Below are positions 27,961 through 42,582 of a DNA stretch of 64,000 bases, in pieces; the first letter of the stretch is position 1, and each line of letters begins with the position of its first letter. The stretch is from Octopus vulgaris. Its lineage: Eukaryota. The notes beneath the pieces are model-generated. The model had not been told where the DNA came from. It ran no database searches and was given only the letters and a program-made list of their open reading frames with translations. The DNA lies in assembly GCA_951406725.2 (NCBI GenBank), contig OX597826.1:67704001-67768000 (forward strand). Reading direction: 5' to 3'. Both the position numbers and the translations under genes were made by a program.

Positions 27961-28710
27961 GTTTGCATGTATGTATGTATGTATGTATGTATGTATGTAT
28001 GTATGTATGTATGTATGTATGTATGTATGCATGCATGTATGCATGCATGCATGTATGTATGCATTTATGTATGTATGTATGTATGTATGTATGTATGTAT
28101 GTATCTATCTATCTATATACCTACCTATATGTATCTATAGGCATGTGTACGTATTTGTATTGTGCATACGTATATGTATTGTATATATATATGTATGCAT
28201 GTATGTATATATATATATATGTATATAGCGGGAGAGGGAAAGAGGAGGGAGAAGGAGAGATAGATAGAGATAGAGATGGAAAGAGGGAGAGAGATATACA
28301 TAGACAGAGAGAGATGCATGCATGTCCTTAGACATACATAAAGATATGCACACGTGTGTGTTTTGCCTAGTATGCTTCCGGTATAGACTGCTTTCACCGA
28401 AATAGAGTCTGATTTTTGTATAAGAAAATGAATTTATCAATCAAGCAATCAGTTAAACAATCAATCAATCAAACACTCGATCGATTCATCTATCTACCTA
28501 TCTATATAATTGTCTGTCTGAGTGTCTAACTCTGTTTATCTAAAAGCCTGTCTCTGTGTTTATCGAAACTATGCATAACTCATAAATATACAGTATACAG
28601 GCAATATACAAAACATGGCATTAATACATACACATTATTCCCAGACCGGGCGTTGTGTTTATTGAGCGAAAACACCTAAAGCTCCACGAGGCTAGTATAT
28701 ATATATATAT

Positions 28711-29100
28711 ACTATCGCCCGACGTTGCTCGGGTTTGTAAGGGAAATAACTATATAGCATTTTTAGAGAGTTGTAGCCAAAAAATAGCAAAAAAATGCAT
28801 TAAAAATGGAAAATAAATGGTGGTAAATTTTTTTTTAAATCGTTGACTCATCGTAGACATTTTTAGAGAGTTACTTCCCTTATATAATAGCGAAAAAATG
28901 CATTAAAATGGAAAAAATGATGGTAATTTTCTTTTTAAATCGTAGACTCATCGTAGACGCGCGCTAATACCCAGAAGGGCTCGATATGAATCACAACTAT
29001 AAGATACCCGGTTTTGGTTAAACTGCACTGCAAAATGTGGGAGTAGTTAGGAATCTAAATCGTAGGAGACAGACACACAACTTCTCTTTTATATATAAAT
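28711..29100 (-). mobile_element. Non-autonomous Helitron, copy 1 of tandem pair
   Basis: 3' hairpin cccgacgttgctcggg; body matches 1-214. Confidence 0.8.
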
Positions 29101-29101
29101 A

Positions 29102-29614
29102 CTAGCAGTATCGCCCGGCGTTGCTCGGGTTTGTAAGGGAAATAACTATATAAGCGTTTTTAGAGAGTTACTTCCCTTATAGATGCCAATTCGGGCTTTC
29201 TTAGCCATTTCTGTTTTGGTGTTTTCAAGCCATGAAGTCGTTGTTCTAAAAGAACGCTGGTCTCCTTGACAACGCTTTACGACGTTGATTTCCTTACACT
29301 CCCTTCCCCACAGCTTCACGAGGGAGGGAAGAAGGGGGAGAAGCAAACAGGTGCAGGTGTGACCATGGACGCCAACTCAGCTGCCATCGACACACGAAAA
29401 ATAATGCATTAAAATGGAATAAAAAATGATGTTAAATTATTTTTAAAATCGTAGACTCATCGTAGACGCGCGCTAATACTCAGACGGGCTCGATATGAAT
29501 CACGACTATAAGATACCCGAATTTGGTTAAACTGCACCGCAAAATGTGGGAGTAGTTAGGAATCTGAATCGAAGGGGACAGACACTCACACAACTACAGT
29601 TTTATATATATAGA
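29102..29614 (-). mobile_element. Non-autonomous Helitron, copy 2 of tandem pair
   Basis: Minus strand: A|TCtatatatataaaa ... cccgagcaacgccggg hairpin ... CTAG|T. Confidence 0.85.
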
Positions 29615-30393
29615 TATATCCAAGCTTGGAGTGAATCCGACGCATGGGAATTAGGAACTAACTGACCTTCCGCAGCGACCTTTTTCCATTATAATGATAT
29701 GTTTTCGATGTCCAGATAATATATTCTAATATTTTGAATAATTGAATATTTAATGATTCCTTCGTGTAAATCATAAATGTTAACTTATATGAAATAAATA
29801 CTACAACGAGATAGGTTTAGATAGACTAATGAAATTTTGATATTTAGGCATAACTGACAACAAAATGTTACTCATAACTGACAACGAATTTTTGCGCACC
29901 TCTTATATATACACGCTTATGTGCACACACACACAGACCCACACATATACACGCGCACCTAAACATACAGACACACAGCCACACACGTCTAGACACACGC
30001 GCACACATACACTGATGCATTGTCACACACGCATGTATACATATACACATATATACGTACATATATGTGCATGTATTGTGTGAACTGTATATGTATATCT
30101 GTTCGATGTGTGTGTAGGTGTGTATAATTCAACAAACACACACAGACACACACGTGTATATGATGTAAATATGCTTTTCCCTCTCTTTATATATATTGAT
30201 ACATTGCATCCATACATATCTATCTATATGTCTGTCTGTCTGTCTGTCCATGTATATATCTTTCTGCTCTTTCTTTCCTTTTACGATCCCTTTTGATCGA
30301 AAACCAACCCCCTTTTTTTTACCCCCAAAAGAAAAGCTCTACCTTGTAATTTGTTCTGTCTGTGTGCAGCCCTGTGTGGCTAATAAAGAAACA

Positions 30394-30432
<39 letters not shown>

Positions 30433-30503
30433 TTATCTATCTATATATCTGTCTGTCTGTCTGTCTGTCTGTCCATGTATCTATCTGTCTGTCTGTCTCT
30501 CGG

Positions 30504-30554
<51 letters not shown>

Positions 30555-30558
<4 letters not shown>

Positions 30559-30953
30559 TACTTGTTTTATTAGACTGCGGCCATGTTGTGGCATCACATG
30601 GAAGAATTTTGGTCCAAAGATTTGACTCAGAATCTAACTTTAAAATTAAAAACTGGTAATTATCTTGTTGGCTCTTTTGCCGAACCGCTAGTTGATGGAG
30701 ACGTATATACACTAACACCGGTCGTCAAAACGGAGGGAGGGGACAAACACATACACATAGACACATACACACACAACCACACACACACACACACACACAA
30801 CCACACACAGCTACAGATACACCCCCCACACACACACGAATGAAGGCTTTGGTTGGACGGAAACTATAGTGGAAGATACCCCCTGAAGGTGCTACGCAGT
30901 AGCACTGAATCCGGGCGATGTGGCTAGGAAGCAATATTTTAATCACATAGCCA
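30555..30953 (-). mobile_element. SINE family A, diverged
   Basis: cttttacttgttt...gactgcggccatg...ttttgccgaaccgcta. Confidence 0.75.
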
Positions 30954-31037
30954 TATGTGTACATAGTCATGTACATAAAGATACATACATACATAATATA
31001 TACATACACACACACACACACACATATATATATTTCG

Positions 31038-31523
<486 letters not shown>

Positions 31524-32164
31524 CAATCCTAGGATGGAATTTATAAACATTTAATGCATCGCTACGCACGTTTCCACAAATCTCATGAATTTTAAGCTCA
31601 CAGTCTGTACTCCTCGGATGATTGCAATGAAATCTGTACTATCCATGGGCATCCGGTTGATCATCACTATCGATTCATTTCTTCAGGCGATATAACATTA
31701 GTGGATAAGCCACAAATGGATTTTTTTAAATGTTTTTAACCAGTATCAAGGTCAGACGAGATATGTGGGTATTTCTGTGTGGTATATTTGCTTGGGAGGA
31801 GTTGATGGTGATGAGAAAAGAGGAAGGAGTGGTACTCATATGGGGATGGAGGTGTGTGTTGTGGCATACCAGTAGCCTATATAAACGTCAGTAATAGAAT
31901 GTTATTACTGTGCCAAAAGTCAAATGCTCAACATCCTCTCTGTCTCTGCCTACCTGCATACCTCTCTCTCTCTCTCTCTTTCTCTCTCACACACACACAT
32001 ACGCACTAAGGCATTCACGCGGACGTATACACACGTACCACCAAACACATATAGAGAGATATACACATATACAAATGAACGTGAATACGACTCTCCCCAC
32101 CTACACAGACATACACACGTGCTTACGTACACGAAGTCTCATTTAGAGAAAGTCATACAGAGAA

Positions 32165-32449
<285 letters not shown>

Positions 32450-32559
32450 TGATGATCGGCCTACTACACTTGAACTCTCATCCCTCCTCTTCCAGCTTCT
32501 TTCTCACTTCCGGCGAACATTCTTTTTTCACGATTTTTCTCATGCTGATCATTCTTCGC

Positions 32560-32801
32560 AACTCTTCATCCTCCTCCTCGTCGTCATCATCATCATCATC
32601 ATCATCACCATCATCCTCATCACCATCATCATCACCTTCATCTTCATCTTCATCGTCATCATCATAATCAATATCCCCATGATCATGATCATCATCATCA
32701 TCATCACGATTCCGTTATTCATCACGATGATCGTTGTCATAGACATCATGATCTTCGATCGTGACCACGATCATCATCCTCCTCATCATTTTACTACTAC
32801 A

Positions 32802-32878
<77 letters not shown>

Positions 32879-32951
32879 TACTACTTTTCCTTCATCTTCT
32901 TGGACGTCGTCTTGTCGTTACCATCATCATTATCGTCATTATCCTCGTCAC

Positions 32952-32982
<31 letters not shown>

Positions 32983-33100
32983 GTCGTCGTCATGATAATC
33001 GTCGTCGTCGTCATCATCATCATCATCCTCAGCATCATCATCATCACCATTATCTTCAACAACAACAACAACCTCATCAGTACCACTACCACCATCTCCG
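32560..33100. repeat. (CAT)n/(TAC)n low-complexity tract
   Basis: Directly visible. Confidence 0.92.
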
Positions 33101-34430
33101 ACATCTCCGCTTCCTCATCCTCAGTCTCTTTCTCCTTTTTGTCTTTCTACTCCTCTTCTTTCCTCCTCCACGTCACCCACCTCACATCATATCTTTCATA
33201 TTAAACTGTCCAAGATTTCAACAAACCTTTAAACCTGGCTCCTGTTGGCGAAATGTCCATAAATAGCTTCTGTATTTGGCAGTACATAACCGAATCAGTG
33301 CGTATGTGCATGTGTATGAGTTTATTCATGCTTTGTGTATGTAGTTGAGTATGTCCATTTGTATGTAAGTGTGTATATGTATGTATATGTAAATGTGTAT
33401 ATGTGTATATACATCTGTATGTATGATTCCATATATATATATGTGTGTGTTTGTGAATGTGCGTGTATCTGTGCGCGTGTGTGATAAGTGTATATTTGTA
33501 TATGTGTAAATGTGTAAATGTGCATATATGTACGTTTTATGTTTATGCTGATGTCTGCGTATATGGGTCTGTTGTATTGGCATACAGTCTCCTATTAACA
33601 ATGAGATTGATTGGACGGCATAGTGTGTGTATGTATGTGTTTGTATATGCGTGTGTGTGTGTGTGTGTGTGTGTGTCTGTGTGTGTGTGAGTGCTTGTAG
33701 TGAAGCTGTGTCCTCAGGTCCGGACTGTTAATATTGTTGGCAGGTTTTCCCATAATTCTCTTTCGCAGATGTTTCAGCTTAAATAACAACAACAACAGCA
33801 ACCACAGCAACAATAAAAACAACAGCAGCAGCAACAACAGTAACAGCAACAGGAGCTGTAACAACAACAACAACAACAACAACAACTAGAGCAGCTTCTA
33901 CGACGACGACGACGACGATGACAATAGCCAAAACAAGAACCATCTGCAACATGAGCGAGCCGGCAAAGGAACCCTTTTCATCCTGGTGGTTGACTTGCTA
34001 GAAATATAAACCAAATATTCCTCAAACGTGCCCTACCGTCTAAACTGAATGTAAGCGTTAGATGATGAAGATAAGGGTCTCCTGTATGTAATAAAATCCA
34101 CGGGATGGTCATGGTTGGAATGCCTTTGTCCATAGATCTCCTTAATTAAGCCAGAGAGTTAATTAACTAACAGCAGCTGCAGAAATCAGGGCAACGGTAA
34201 GAACAACACTTGCAGCAATGAACAACTTTGTGACTTCTTTTAAAGCCACACGTTGGTACAGGACAGATACAATTGCTTATTTTATTATGTTCACCACAGC
34301 AGATGACTGGTACTTGATTCAGGGATTCAGAAGAATAGATGACAACATTACGCATTGATGTGTGTGTATGTATGTGTGTTTGTGTGTCTGTGTGTGGGTT
34401 TGTAAGATATGTTTACGTGCCGCCGTTGTG

Positions 34431-34680
34431 GGATCTTTTCATTTTGAAGGCCAGATTTTCCTAGTTAACTAAACAATTTGAAGCTTCGTATACTGGTAGA
34501 ATGTGTCAAAAGAAAACATTATTGTAAACAAAATTGAAATTAAACTACGTTTAATTTACGAATTACAATTTTGTTTTCAATTTTGTTTACAATGCTTTCT
34601 TTTGACACATTCTACCAGTATACGAAGTTTCAAATTGTTTAGTTAACTAGGAAAATCTGGCCTTCAAAATGAAAAGATCC
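34431..34680. mobile_element. MITE with ~110-bp terminal inverted repeats and 8-bp TSD
   Basis: ggatcttttcattttgaaggccag ... ctggccttcaaaatgaaaagatcc; TSD ccgttgtg at 34423-34430 and 34681-34688. Confidence 0.92.
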
Positions 34681-34729
34681 CCGTTGTGTTTGAACGTAGT
34701 GTTTGAACCTGCGTAACTTTGACGGCTTA

Positions 34730-34787
<58 letters not shown>

Positions 34788-35847
34788 TCAGAATTCATGA
34801 TCCGTTCTATGTTTTGAATTTTGACGTCTGACGGAAGGAAGGGAAGAAATTAACTTCTCTTCATTCCATCGAACGCGTGTGACCATTTCGATTTCTTTCG
34901 AGAGAGAGAAAGCAACGCGAAAGACATTCAAGGACCCAGAGTTTGGCACCAAATAGACAAGAATGAAGATTCGTCCGTTCGACACCGCCATTTCAACCCC
35001 ACTGTAAAAGTACCCATGCGATAATATTGACATAGTAGCGCGACCGTAACAGTAACTTCTAACTGACCACTCTTACAACACGGACTTAATATTACCCCTA
35101 GCAGCAACGCTCAAAGACCAGCAATCGAACAGCAACGCTCTAACAACAACATTTCCAAAGAATTTTATTCTAACAACATCAACATCAAAACACTGCTCTA
35201 ACAACATATTAACAGCACTCCAAAAACATCATGTCGCAAAACGTCTCTCGATAACATCGCCTACGGTAATCGCTTGCAGAACATTGCCATAATAACATTG
35301 CTCCGATACTCCCTATTATTACAAGCCTGTCAACATGGCCTTAACAAAAAAAAAGCAACATATTATCATTGAAACAACAGCGATACGTTATTTGAATTAT
35401 AGTTAATTGATTTAAAATTTTGGTGCAATAATTGTCTATGATGGGATATTAGGGATAGTCAAATAGTCAACACGTGTCAACATCTGTCCCGGTTAAAAGT
35501 AAAAAAGAAACAAAACAAAACAAAACAAATATCTTAAATACCTAAGAATTCTAAAATAGGATGACATGAATTATATGATTGTAGGGGGTAACAGAAACAA
35601 ACCCTTGGTGAACGAGTACAAAAAGGGGCAATGAGGTTAGAGATGTGACTGAGATGAATGCAGTCAGGAGGCAGGTTTTGTTTACATCCCACCTACAACA
35701 GAAACTGTGTTAATGTTAATAAGTGCTTTTCCGTTGCTTGGATGAGAGAGTCATGAAATGCTCGGAATATGTTCTTCATATTCTAATACAATGGTTCTTA
35801 ACCATTCTTTTAGGTTTGTACCCCTTTGATTCCTTTGATACTTTCTG

Positions 35848-36437
35848 CAGGGGTTGAACAAAATAATGGAATTTCTAGCATCCTAGCATCCTAATTTTGA
35901 AATATCTATAAAACCGTCAAAAGCTTCTTTGTTTTTATGCATTTTTCATTTATTATTAGTATTACTTAATATGTTTTGCTAAAATTGCTGTATCATCAGA
36001 AAAAGGTAATTAAAATTCATTAAAATGACAGATCTATCAGACTTTCAAAGCGGTCAAATTGTTGGTGCTCGTATGGCGGGCGCTAGCGTAACGAAAACAG
36101 CCGACATGTTTTGGTGTATCAGGAAGTATTGTCTCGAAAGTAATGACAGCCTTTGAGAAAGAGGGAAAACCTCCTCGTCGAAATAAAATTCCGGAAGAAA
36201 ACCAAAACTTTCAGATACGGACCGTCGAATTCTTGTGTGATTTGTTAGAAAGAATCACAAAAGTGCAGCTCCCAAAATTGCTTCAGAGTTTAATGGCTAC
36301 ATCGGGAACCCAGTTTCACAAAAACTGTTCGCCGGGAGCTGCATAAAGCCGGATATCACGAGAAGGCTACAACCAGAAAACCACTACTTTCAATAACAAG
36401 CATTTCAAAGCGTTTAGAGTGGAGTAAAAACCTACAA
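35848..36437 (+). mobile_element. Tc1-like transposon, 5' part
   Basis: TIR-like caggggttgaacaaaataatggaa; from 36025 MTDLSDFQSGQIVGARMAGASVTKTADMF/GVS...VSKVMTAFEKEGK; frameshifted. Confidence 0.85.
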
Positions 36438-36632
36438 GTCGAGCAACTAGTCAGCGAAAGCGAGATGGTTGGAGAATAACCATAGATATAGTTAGTAACG
36501 GTTGAAAATATAGTAAGAAAGCGTAGTGAGATTTGCTTCTCCTAGGACCTTATGGAGGAGATGGCTGAACACTCTCCTCCCACGACCTCTCCTAGTGGAC
36601 GGCGAAACTGGATGGTGCAATGGATATCTTCG

Positions 36633-36843
36633 TTTCAAATTTTGGCACAAAGCCAGCAATTTCAGTAGAGGGGTAAGACGATTACATTGAATACAGTGCC
36701 AAACTAGTAATTATTTCATCCACGTCGTAAAAATTAATGGCAAAGTCAACCCCGGTGGAATTTGAACTCAGAACGTAACGCCAGACGAAATACCGCTAAA
36801 CATTTCGCCCGGCGTGCTAACGTTTCTGCCAGCTCGCCGCCTT
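36633..36843 (-). mobile_element. SINE family B
   Basis: ggcgtgctaacgtttctgccagctcgccgcctt is the reverse-complemented head. Confidence 0.85.
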
Positions 36844-36929
36844 AAGGAATGGATATATTAAGTCACCGAACTTCGTGATTGAGAATAGATTAACAATCAA
36901 ATCATTCCTGCACAATAATACAATCAATA

Positions 36930-38280
36930 ACCATGATTCTGAGAGGTAATATATAGCATTTCTTTATTTATAGAAATAGCTGACAAGAACCATATTATCG
37001 AGAAAGATTTACGTAAGGCTGCCGTATCAGCTTTTCTCATCATCTTTCTGGAAAAAGGATTCAAGAACGTGCCACTGAGTAACAATATGGTTAGCAATAG
37101 AATAACAATGATGAATAGATTTTGAATAACACTTATTCAAAAGATACGTTCAAGGAAATTCACAATGCAGATGGTTGAATTCTACGGTAAGAGAACATCC
37201 ACCCTATGTTTGGCATATATCGATCACCAGGAATGCTTTCAGGGGATCTTGTTTTACAAATGCTTAGAAAAACATCAGCATTCTGTCGTTCATATATTTC
37301 AGAATCTCAACAAGCAAGCAAACGAAAAACTATATGAATTTAAAATGAAATATTGATACGTAACATCGTTTTTTTTGGATATGGAACTCATGCTGTAATA
37401 GGTAAGATGTTGCTTAGAATTAACGAAGCATGAGAACCGAGAACGGTTGGCCTTGCACTCTGACATTCGCAGAAAAAAATTAGTTGGCAAAAGTATATAC
37501 ACTGTTCCAAACCAGCTTTTGACATTTGCTACGACATTTATTAATAATTTAAAAGTTATAAGGTGGCGAGCTGGCAGAAACGTTAGCACACCGGGCTAAA
37601 TGCTTAGCAGTATTTCGTCTGCCGCTACGTTCTGAGTTCAAATTCTGCAGAGGTCGACTTTGCCTTTCATCCTTTCGGGGTCGATAAATTAAGTACCAGT
37701 TACGCACTGGAGTCGATGTAATCCACTTAATCCGTTTGTCTGTCCTTGTTTGTCCCCCTCCGTGTTTAGCCCCTTGTGGGTAGTAAAGAAATAGGTATTT
37801 CGTTTGTCTTTACGTTCTGAGTTCAAATTCCGCCGAAGTCAACTGTGCTTTTCATCCTTTCGTTGTCGATAAATTAGAACCAGTTGCGTGCTGGGGCCGA
37901 TCTAATCGACTGCTCCCCTTCCTACCTAAACTTTAGGGTCTTGTGCCTAGAGTAAGAAAGAATCGTTAGCGCCCCGAGTAAAATGCTTAGCAGTATTTCT
38001 TCCGTCTTTACGTTCAGAGACCGAATTTGCTTTTCATCATTTCGGGTTTCGATAAAATAAAAACTCTTTAAGCACTGGGGTCGATGTAATCACCTTAGCC
38101 ATGATCTTGCTGGCCTCGTGCCAAAATTTGAAACCAATGATATCAAAGCTAATAGTAACAGCAAGCGACTAGAACAATAGTGACGAGAATGCCTTCCATA
38201 TATATAATTTATACGTGACACACATTTCAAATTTAGTGGTTATTAAAATGCAATTTGACTAAAGGCAAACTCTTAATATT
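36930..38280 (+). mobile_element. Decayed hAT (Charlie/Buster-like) transposase interrupted by three SINEs
   Basis: NVPLSNNMVSNRI, KFTMQMVE(ST), LAYI, LVGK and IKAN..SKRL resemble ZBED5/SCAND3-type motifs; TIR-like caatggttcttaacc near 35789. Confidence 0.6.
37561..38135 (+). mobile_element. Three head-to-tail SINE family B copies
   Basis: ttacgttctgagttcaaattc...tttcatcctttcg...gataaa repeated at about 37561, 37795 and 37960. Confidence 0.88.
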
Positions 38281-38566
38281 CACATCTTTCTTAAAGATAA
38301 GCGTGAAACAAAGATCCTGTGGATAGCTTACAGCAAAGATTTTATCCTAGTTTGCAGATAATAGCGTACAATCACATATATTTAATAGTCTTCATGGAGT
38401 ATATGTAAATCCCGTTCGTTTAAAGACGAAATATTTGGCTTCAATACGTAACTAAAATAATCTGCAAAAACTATTTTATGCAAAGATTACACATATGCAA
38501 ATTCTCTAAATCAGGATGCGATGATTGACAAAAGGTATATATACATACATACATATATATATATAT

Positions 38567-38720
38567 CCTTTTTTCTCTCCTTGTTTTTTTCTGTGTCCCT
38601 TTCTGTAGAAGAGCGTAGGCTCGATACGTAAAAGACTTTTTCTATTCCTGAGCGTTATACTAATACATCTGTTTGTTTTGTACAGAACCTGTCTTCGTCT
38701 TTTGTTTTTTCGTAAACTTT

Positions 38721-38778
<58 letters not shown>

Positions 38779-38929
38779 TTTTTTCTCTCCTTGTTTTTTC
38801 TGTGTCCCTTTCTGTAGAAGAGCGTAGGCTCGATACGTAAAAGACTTTTTCTATTCCTGAGCGTTATACTAATACATCTGTTTGTTTTGTACAGCACCTG
38901 TCTTCGTCTTTTGTTTTTTCATAAAATTT

Positions 38930-38932
<3 letters not shown>
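38567..38932 (+). mobile_element. Two tandem ~157-bp elements in (TA)n, each with a hammerhead-like motif
   Basis: 38567-38723 and 38777-38932 near-identical; cttt-CTGTAGAa-gagc gtag gctc-GATA-cGTA-aaag. Confidence 0.75.
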
Positions 38933-38967
<35 letters not shown>

Positions 38968-38977
<10 letters not shown>

Positions 38978-39268
38978 AAATCCGTTCTGTCTGTCTGTGT
39001 GTGTGTCTTCTATGATCTCGGGCATCCTCCATCCGATTGCTCTCAAATTTGATATATCGATACCGACGGTATTATGGCGTGTATAGGTCTTGAAAAGATA
39101 ACAAAAATCGATTCCAGGTAAGAATGCGTTCGATAAAGCTTTGGGAACGTGCATTTGTACGCACAAGTACATCAGCTGTTGCGATCGATACTACGCGCAT
39201 TTTGAGAACATTTGGTTTTTATGTTTTTCAAACTCACCACCGTCCATTGGACGGGGGCATTTTGCTCG
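38968..39268 (+). mobile_element. Non-autonomous Helitron
   Basis: tatataaaatccgttctgtctgtc start; hairpin ccgtcca-t-tggacgg at 39240-39254, then CTCG|T (CTAG variant). Confidence 0.7.
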
Positions 39269-39292
39269 TATATCTATCTATCTATCTATCTA

Positions 39293-39365
<73 letters not shown>

Positions 39366-39489
39366 GTATGTATGTATATATGTATGTGTATGGGTGTGTG
39401 TATATCTATATATGTATGTATACACATACATGCATACATACATATATATATATATAAATATATATATAAATAAATACATAAAATTTGTG

Positions 39490-39537
<48 letters not shown>

Positions 39538-39575
39538 AACGATTTTCTTATTTGAAAATAAAAATGTGTCTGTTA

Positions 39576-39613
<38 letters not shown>

Positions 39614-39619
39614 GTACTA

Positions 39620-39985
39620 ACAGACACATTTTTATACAAACAAAACGCAATGAGAATATGAATACGACATTTGTCTGAACTTAGATTTCTATATATTGTT
39701 TCTTTTTTCCATGATATAAAAATTACTGCTTCCATTCCAGGCAGACAAATCGTGTGGATGTAAAAAGTAGCTTTGTTGTTCTAGTTTCAATTACACAAAA
39801 ATGCAATTCAATCATTAATACTATTTGAAATTCAAGCTGAAACGAGAAACAACCCAGCAAGTTCGAAGTTAGACAACTCAAGATAATGACAAACCGTCCG
39901 GTTTCCCGTTTGATATAAGTTGTTTTCAATTCAAGCTCTGATTCATTGAGATACAATAATAATTCTTCTTTGATAAGTATATACA
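39620..39985 (-). mobile_element. Possible Penelope-like GIY-YIG C-terminal remnant
   Basis: ICLSGMEAVIF...RNLSSDKCRIH weakly resembles the C.LCL.EK...LN...KCRH ending. Confidence 0.3.
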
Positions 39986-39992
39986 TACATAC

Positions 39993-40132
<140 letters not shown>

Positions 40133-40555
40133 GTACATACATATGTACATATATACATATATACATATATACATGGAGGCACATATAATATATAGCCATC
40201 GTTTTAAATGATTTGAAAATTCTGGCTTATGATATATATAAACGATTTTCTTATTTGAAAATAAAAAATTAAGATTTGCCGCTTGGTTAACTAAAGCAAT
40301 GCTAGCGGATCTGTCTGAAGTAAATAAGTACGAAGCAAAATTGTTTGATATAGAAAATATTTTTTCTGTTACAGCAACATTCGAAGCAAATGAGACGTGG
40401 TATTATGGCTTGATAGTGAGGCCAAGACTAAACACAGAAATAGAGATAATTTTTGCGGCCGCTTTTATTTTCATCATTTGCAGAATGAGGTTTTGGTACA
40501 GTAAATGACAGACTAATGACAAAAAGCGAAGCTGAGATGATTCATGCATACATGC

Positions 40556-40609
<54 letters not shown>

Positions 40610-40613
<4 letters not shown>

Positions 40614-41004
40614 GTGAAAAACTACGGAAGGCTGGTGTTATAAGGTTATAAGGTTAAGAAATATATTTAAGTCGTTATGTAAAATAAATGTTATAAAATT
40701 TTGTGTATAGTAACATAGTTTTTTGAGGATTAACCGGTTTCGTCTTTTCTTTACCTGCATCGTGTCATGTCTTCGCTATGAAGTGAAGAGTTCCTGGCAG
40801 GGGAAGGTAATCAGGGATTTCTTCCGGTATAAGGGAGAGAATCGCTTTATATTTTTGTTCAATGAGATGAGTTTCTTTGTATAAAAATGTTAGAAATGGT
40901 TAAGTTTTGGTTAATATTTTTCAATGAAGAATGTTTCCTTTTTTTAATCTAAGTTGTGTTGGTGTTCCAATAGCACATTGATAGAATGGAAAGATTAAAA
41001 ATTG
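40610..41004 (-). mobile_element. Penelope-like element 3' end (GIY-YIG C-terminus plus terminal repeat)
   Basis: QFLIFPFYQC...QLRLKK/ETFFIEK/PKLN; GAAACCGGT downstream; bounded by microsatellites. Confidence 0.6.
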
Positions 41005-41006
41005 TG

Positions 41007-41085
<79 letters not shown>

Positions 41086-41109
41086 TTTATTTAAAAGCAG
41101 CAGAAATTC

Positions 41110-41160
41110 AACAAAACCTGTTACTCGGAGTTTCACGTTGCCGTTCGTTGGACAGTTTTG

Positions 41161-41162
<2 letters not shown>
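41110..41162 (-). ncRNA. Degenerate type-I hammerhead-like motif in an ~80-bp insert within (TA)n
   Basis: aacaaaactgt-CCAACGA-acg gcaa cgt-GAA-actccgagT-A-acaggttttgtt: all three stems pair, core mutated. Confidence 0.55.
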
Positions 41163-41204
<42 letters not shown>

Positions 41205-41206
<2 letters not shown>

Positions 41207-41520
41207 GGCATTCTGTCGGTTATGACGACGGTTACCAAGGCGAGGATTGCAGTTACACTGATCAACGGAACAGCCTGCTCGTGAAATTAACGTGCAAGTG
41301 ACTAAGCACGCCACAAACACTCGTACACTTAACGTAGCTCTCGAGGAGACTCAGCGTGACACAGAGTGTGACAAGGCTGGCCCTTAGAAATACAGGTACA
41401 ATAGAAACAAGTAGAAAGAGTGAGAGAAAATTGAGGTGAAAAAATACAGCTTCGTGGAGATTTTATGTGTTTTTGCTTAATAAACACTCACAGCACCCGG
41501 TCTAGGAATCGAAACCGCGA
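41205..41520 (-). mobile_element. SINE family D, head truncated
   Basis: Matches 31038-31330. Confidence 0.85.
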
Positions 41521-41544
41521 TATATATGTACGTATGTATTTATG

Positions 41545-41953
<409 letters not shown>

Positions 41954-42582
41954 ATAATGAAAGGAATATTTATAACGAGATATATGACGGCAGCTGATTT
42001 TCCGACTGGAATAAAAGCTGAAACTTAATAATGTAAGTTTACCGGTGTTTAAATTCGTTTCTTCTTTTCTATCATGTTTCAATTTCGTATTATTGATTAA
42101 ATTGTATTTTTGTGAATTTAAAATCATAATTTCAAAGTTGTTTACTAACTCACCTGATCACTCTTAAAACAAATGCTACTAAAGTAATTACAGCAAGGAA
42201 GAACAATGTCTAAATGCATAAGAACATATAACAAATCACAGTGTTTGATCATGATTAATGTTTATACACCGTTAATAGGCCTGTTAGATCTCTGTATCCA
42301 ATCTAAGATAGCATAACTTATGTACGAACTTTGATAAAACAATAAATGCCGTAAGGAGACACATGAATAAGGAGACAGAACGGCGGATGTATCTGGGAAT
42401 TCTGGGATATTCTCCCCTCAACTCAAAGACGTTTACTTGCAGCCGGCTACAGGGTTGAACGAGACATAGGAAACAATCAATAAAATATTCACTGATGTTC
42501 TTAATAATCGCCCGCTGAATAAAAATACCCGTAGTGTTTTCATTTATTTAGTCAGTTCAATGTTTAGGATGCATATTTTTGA

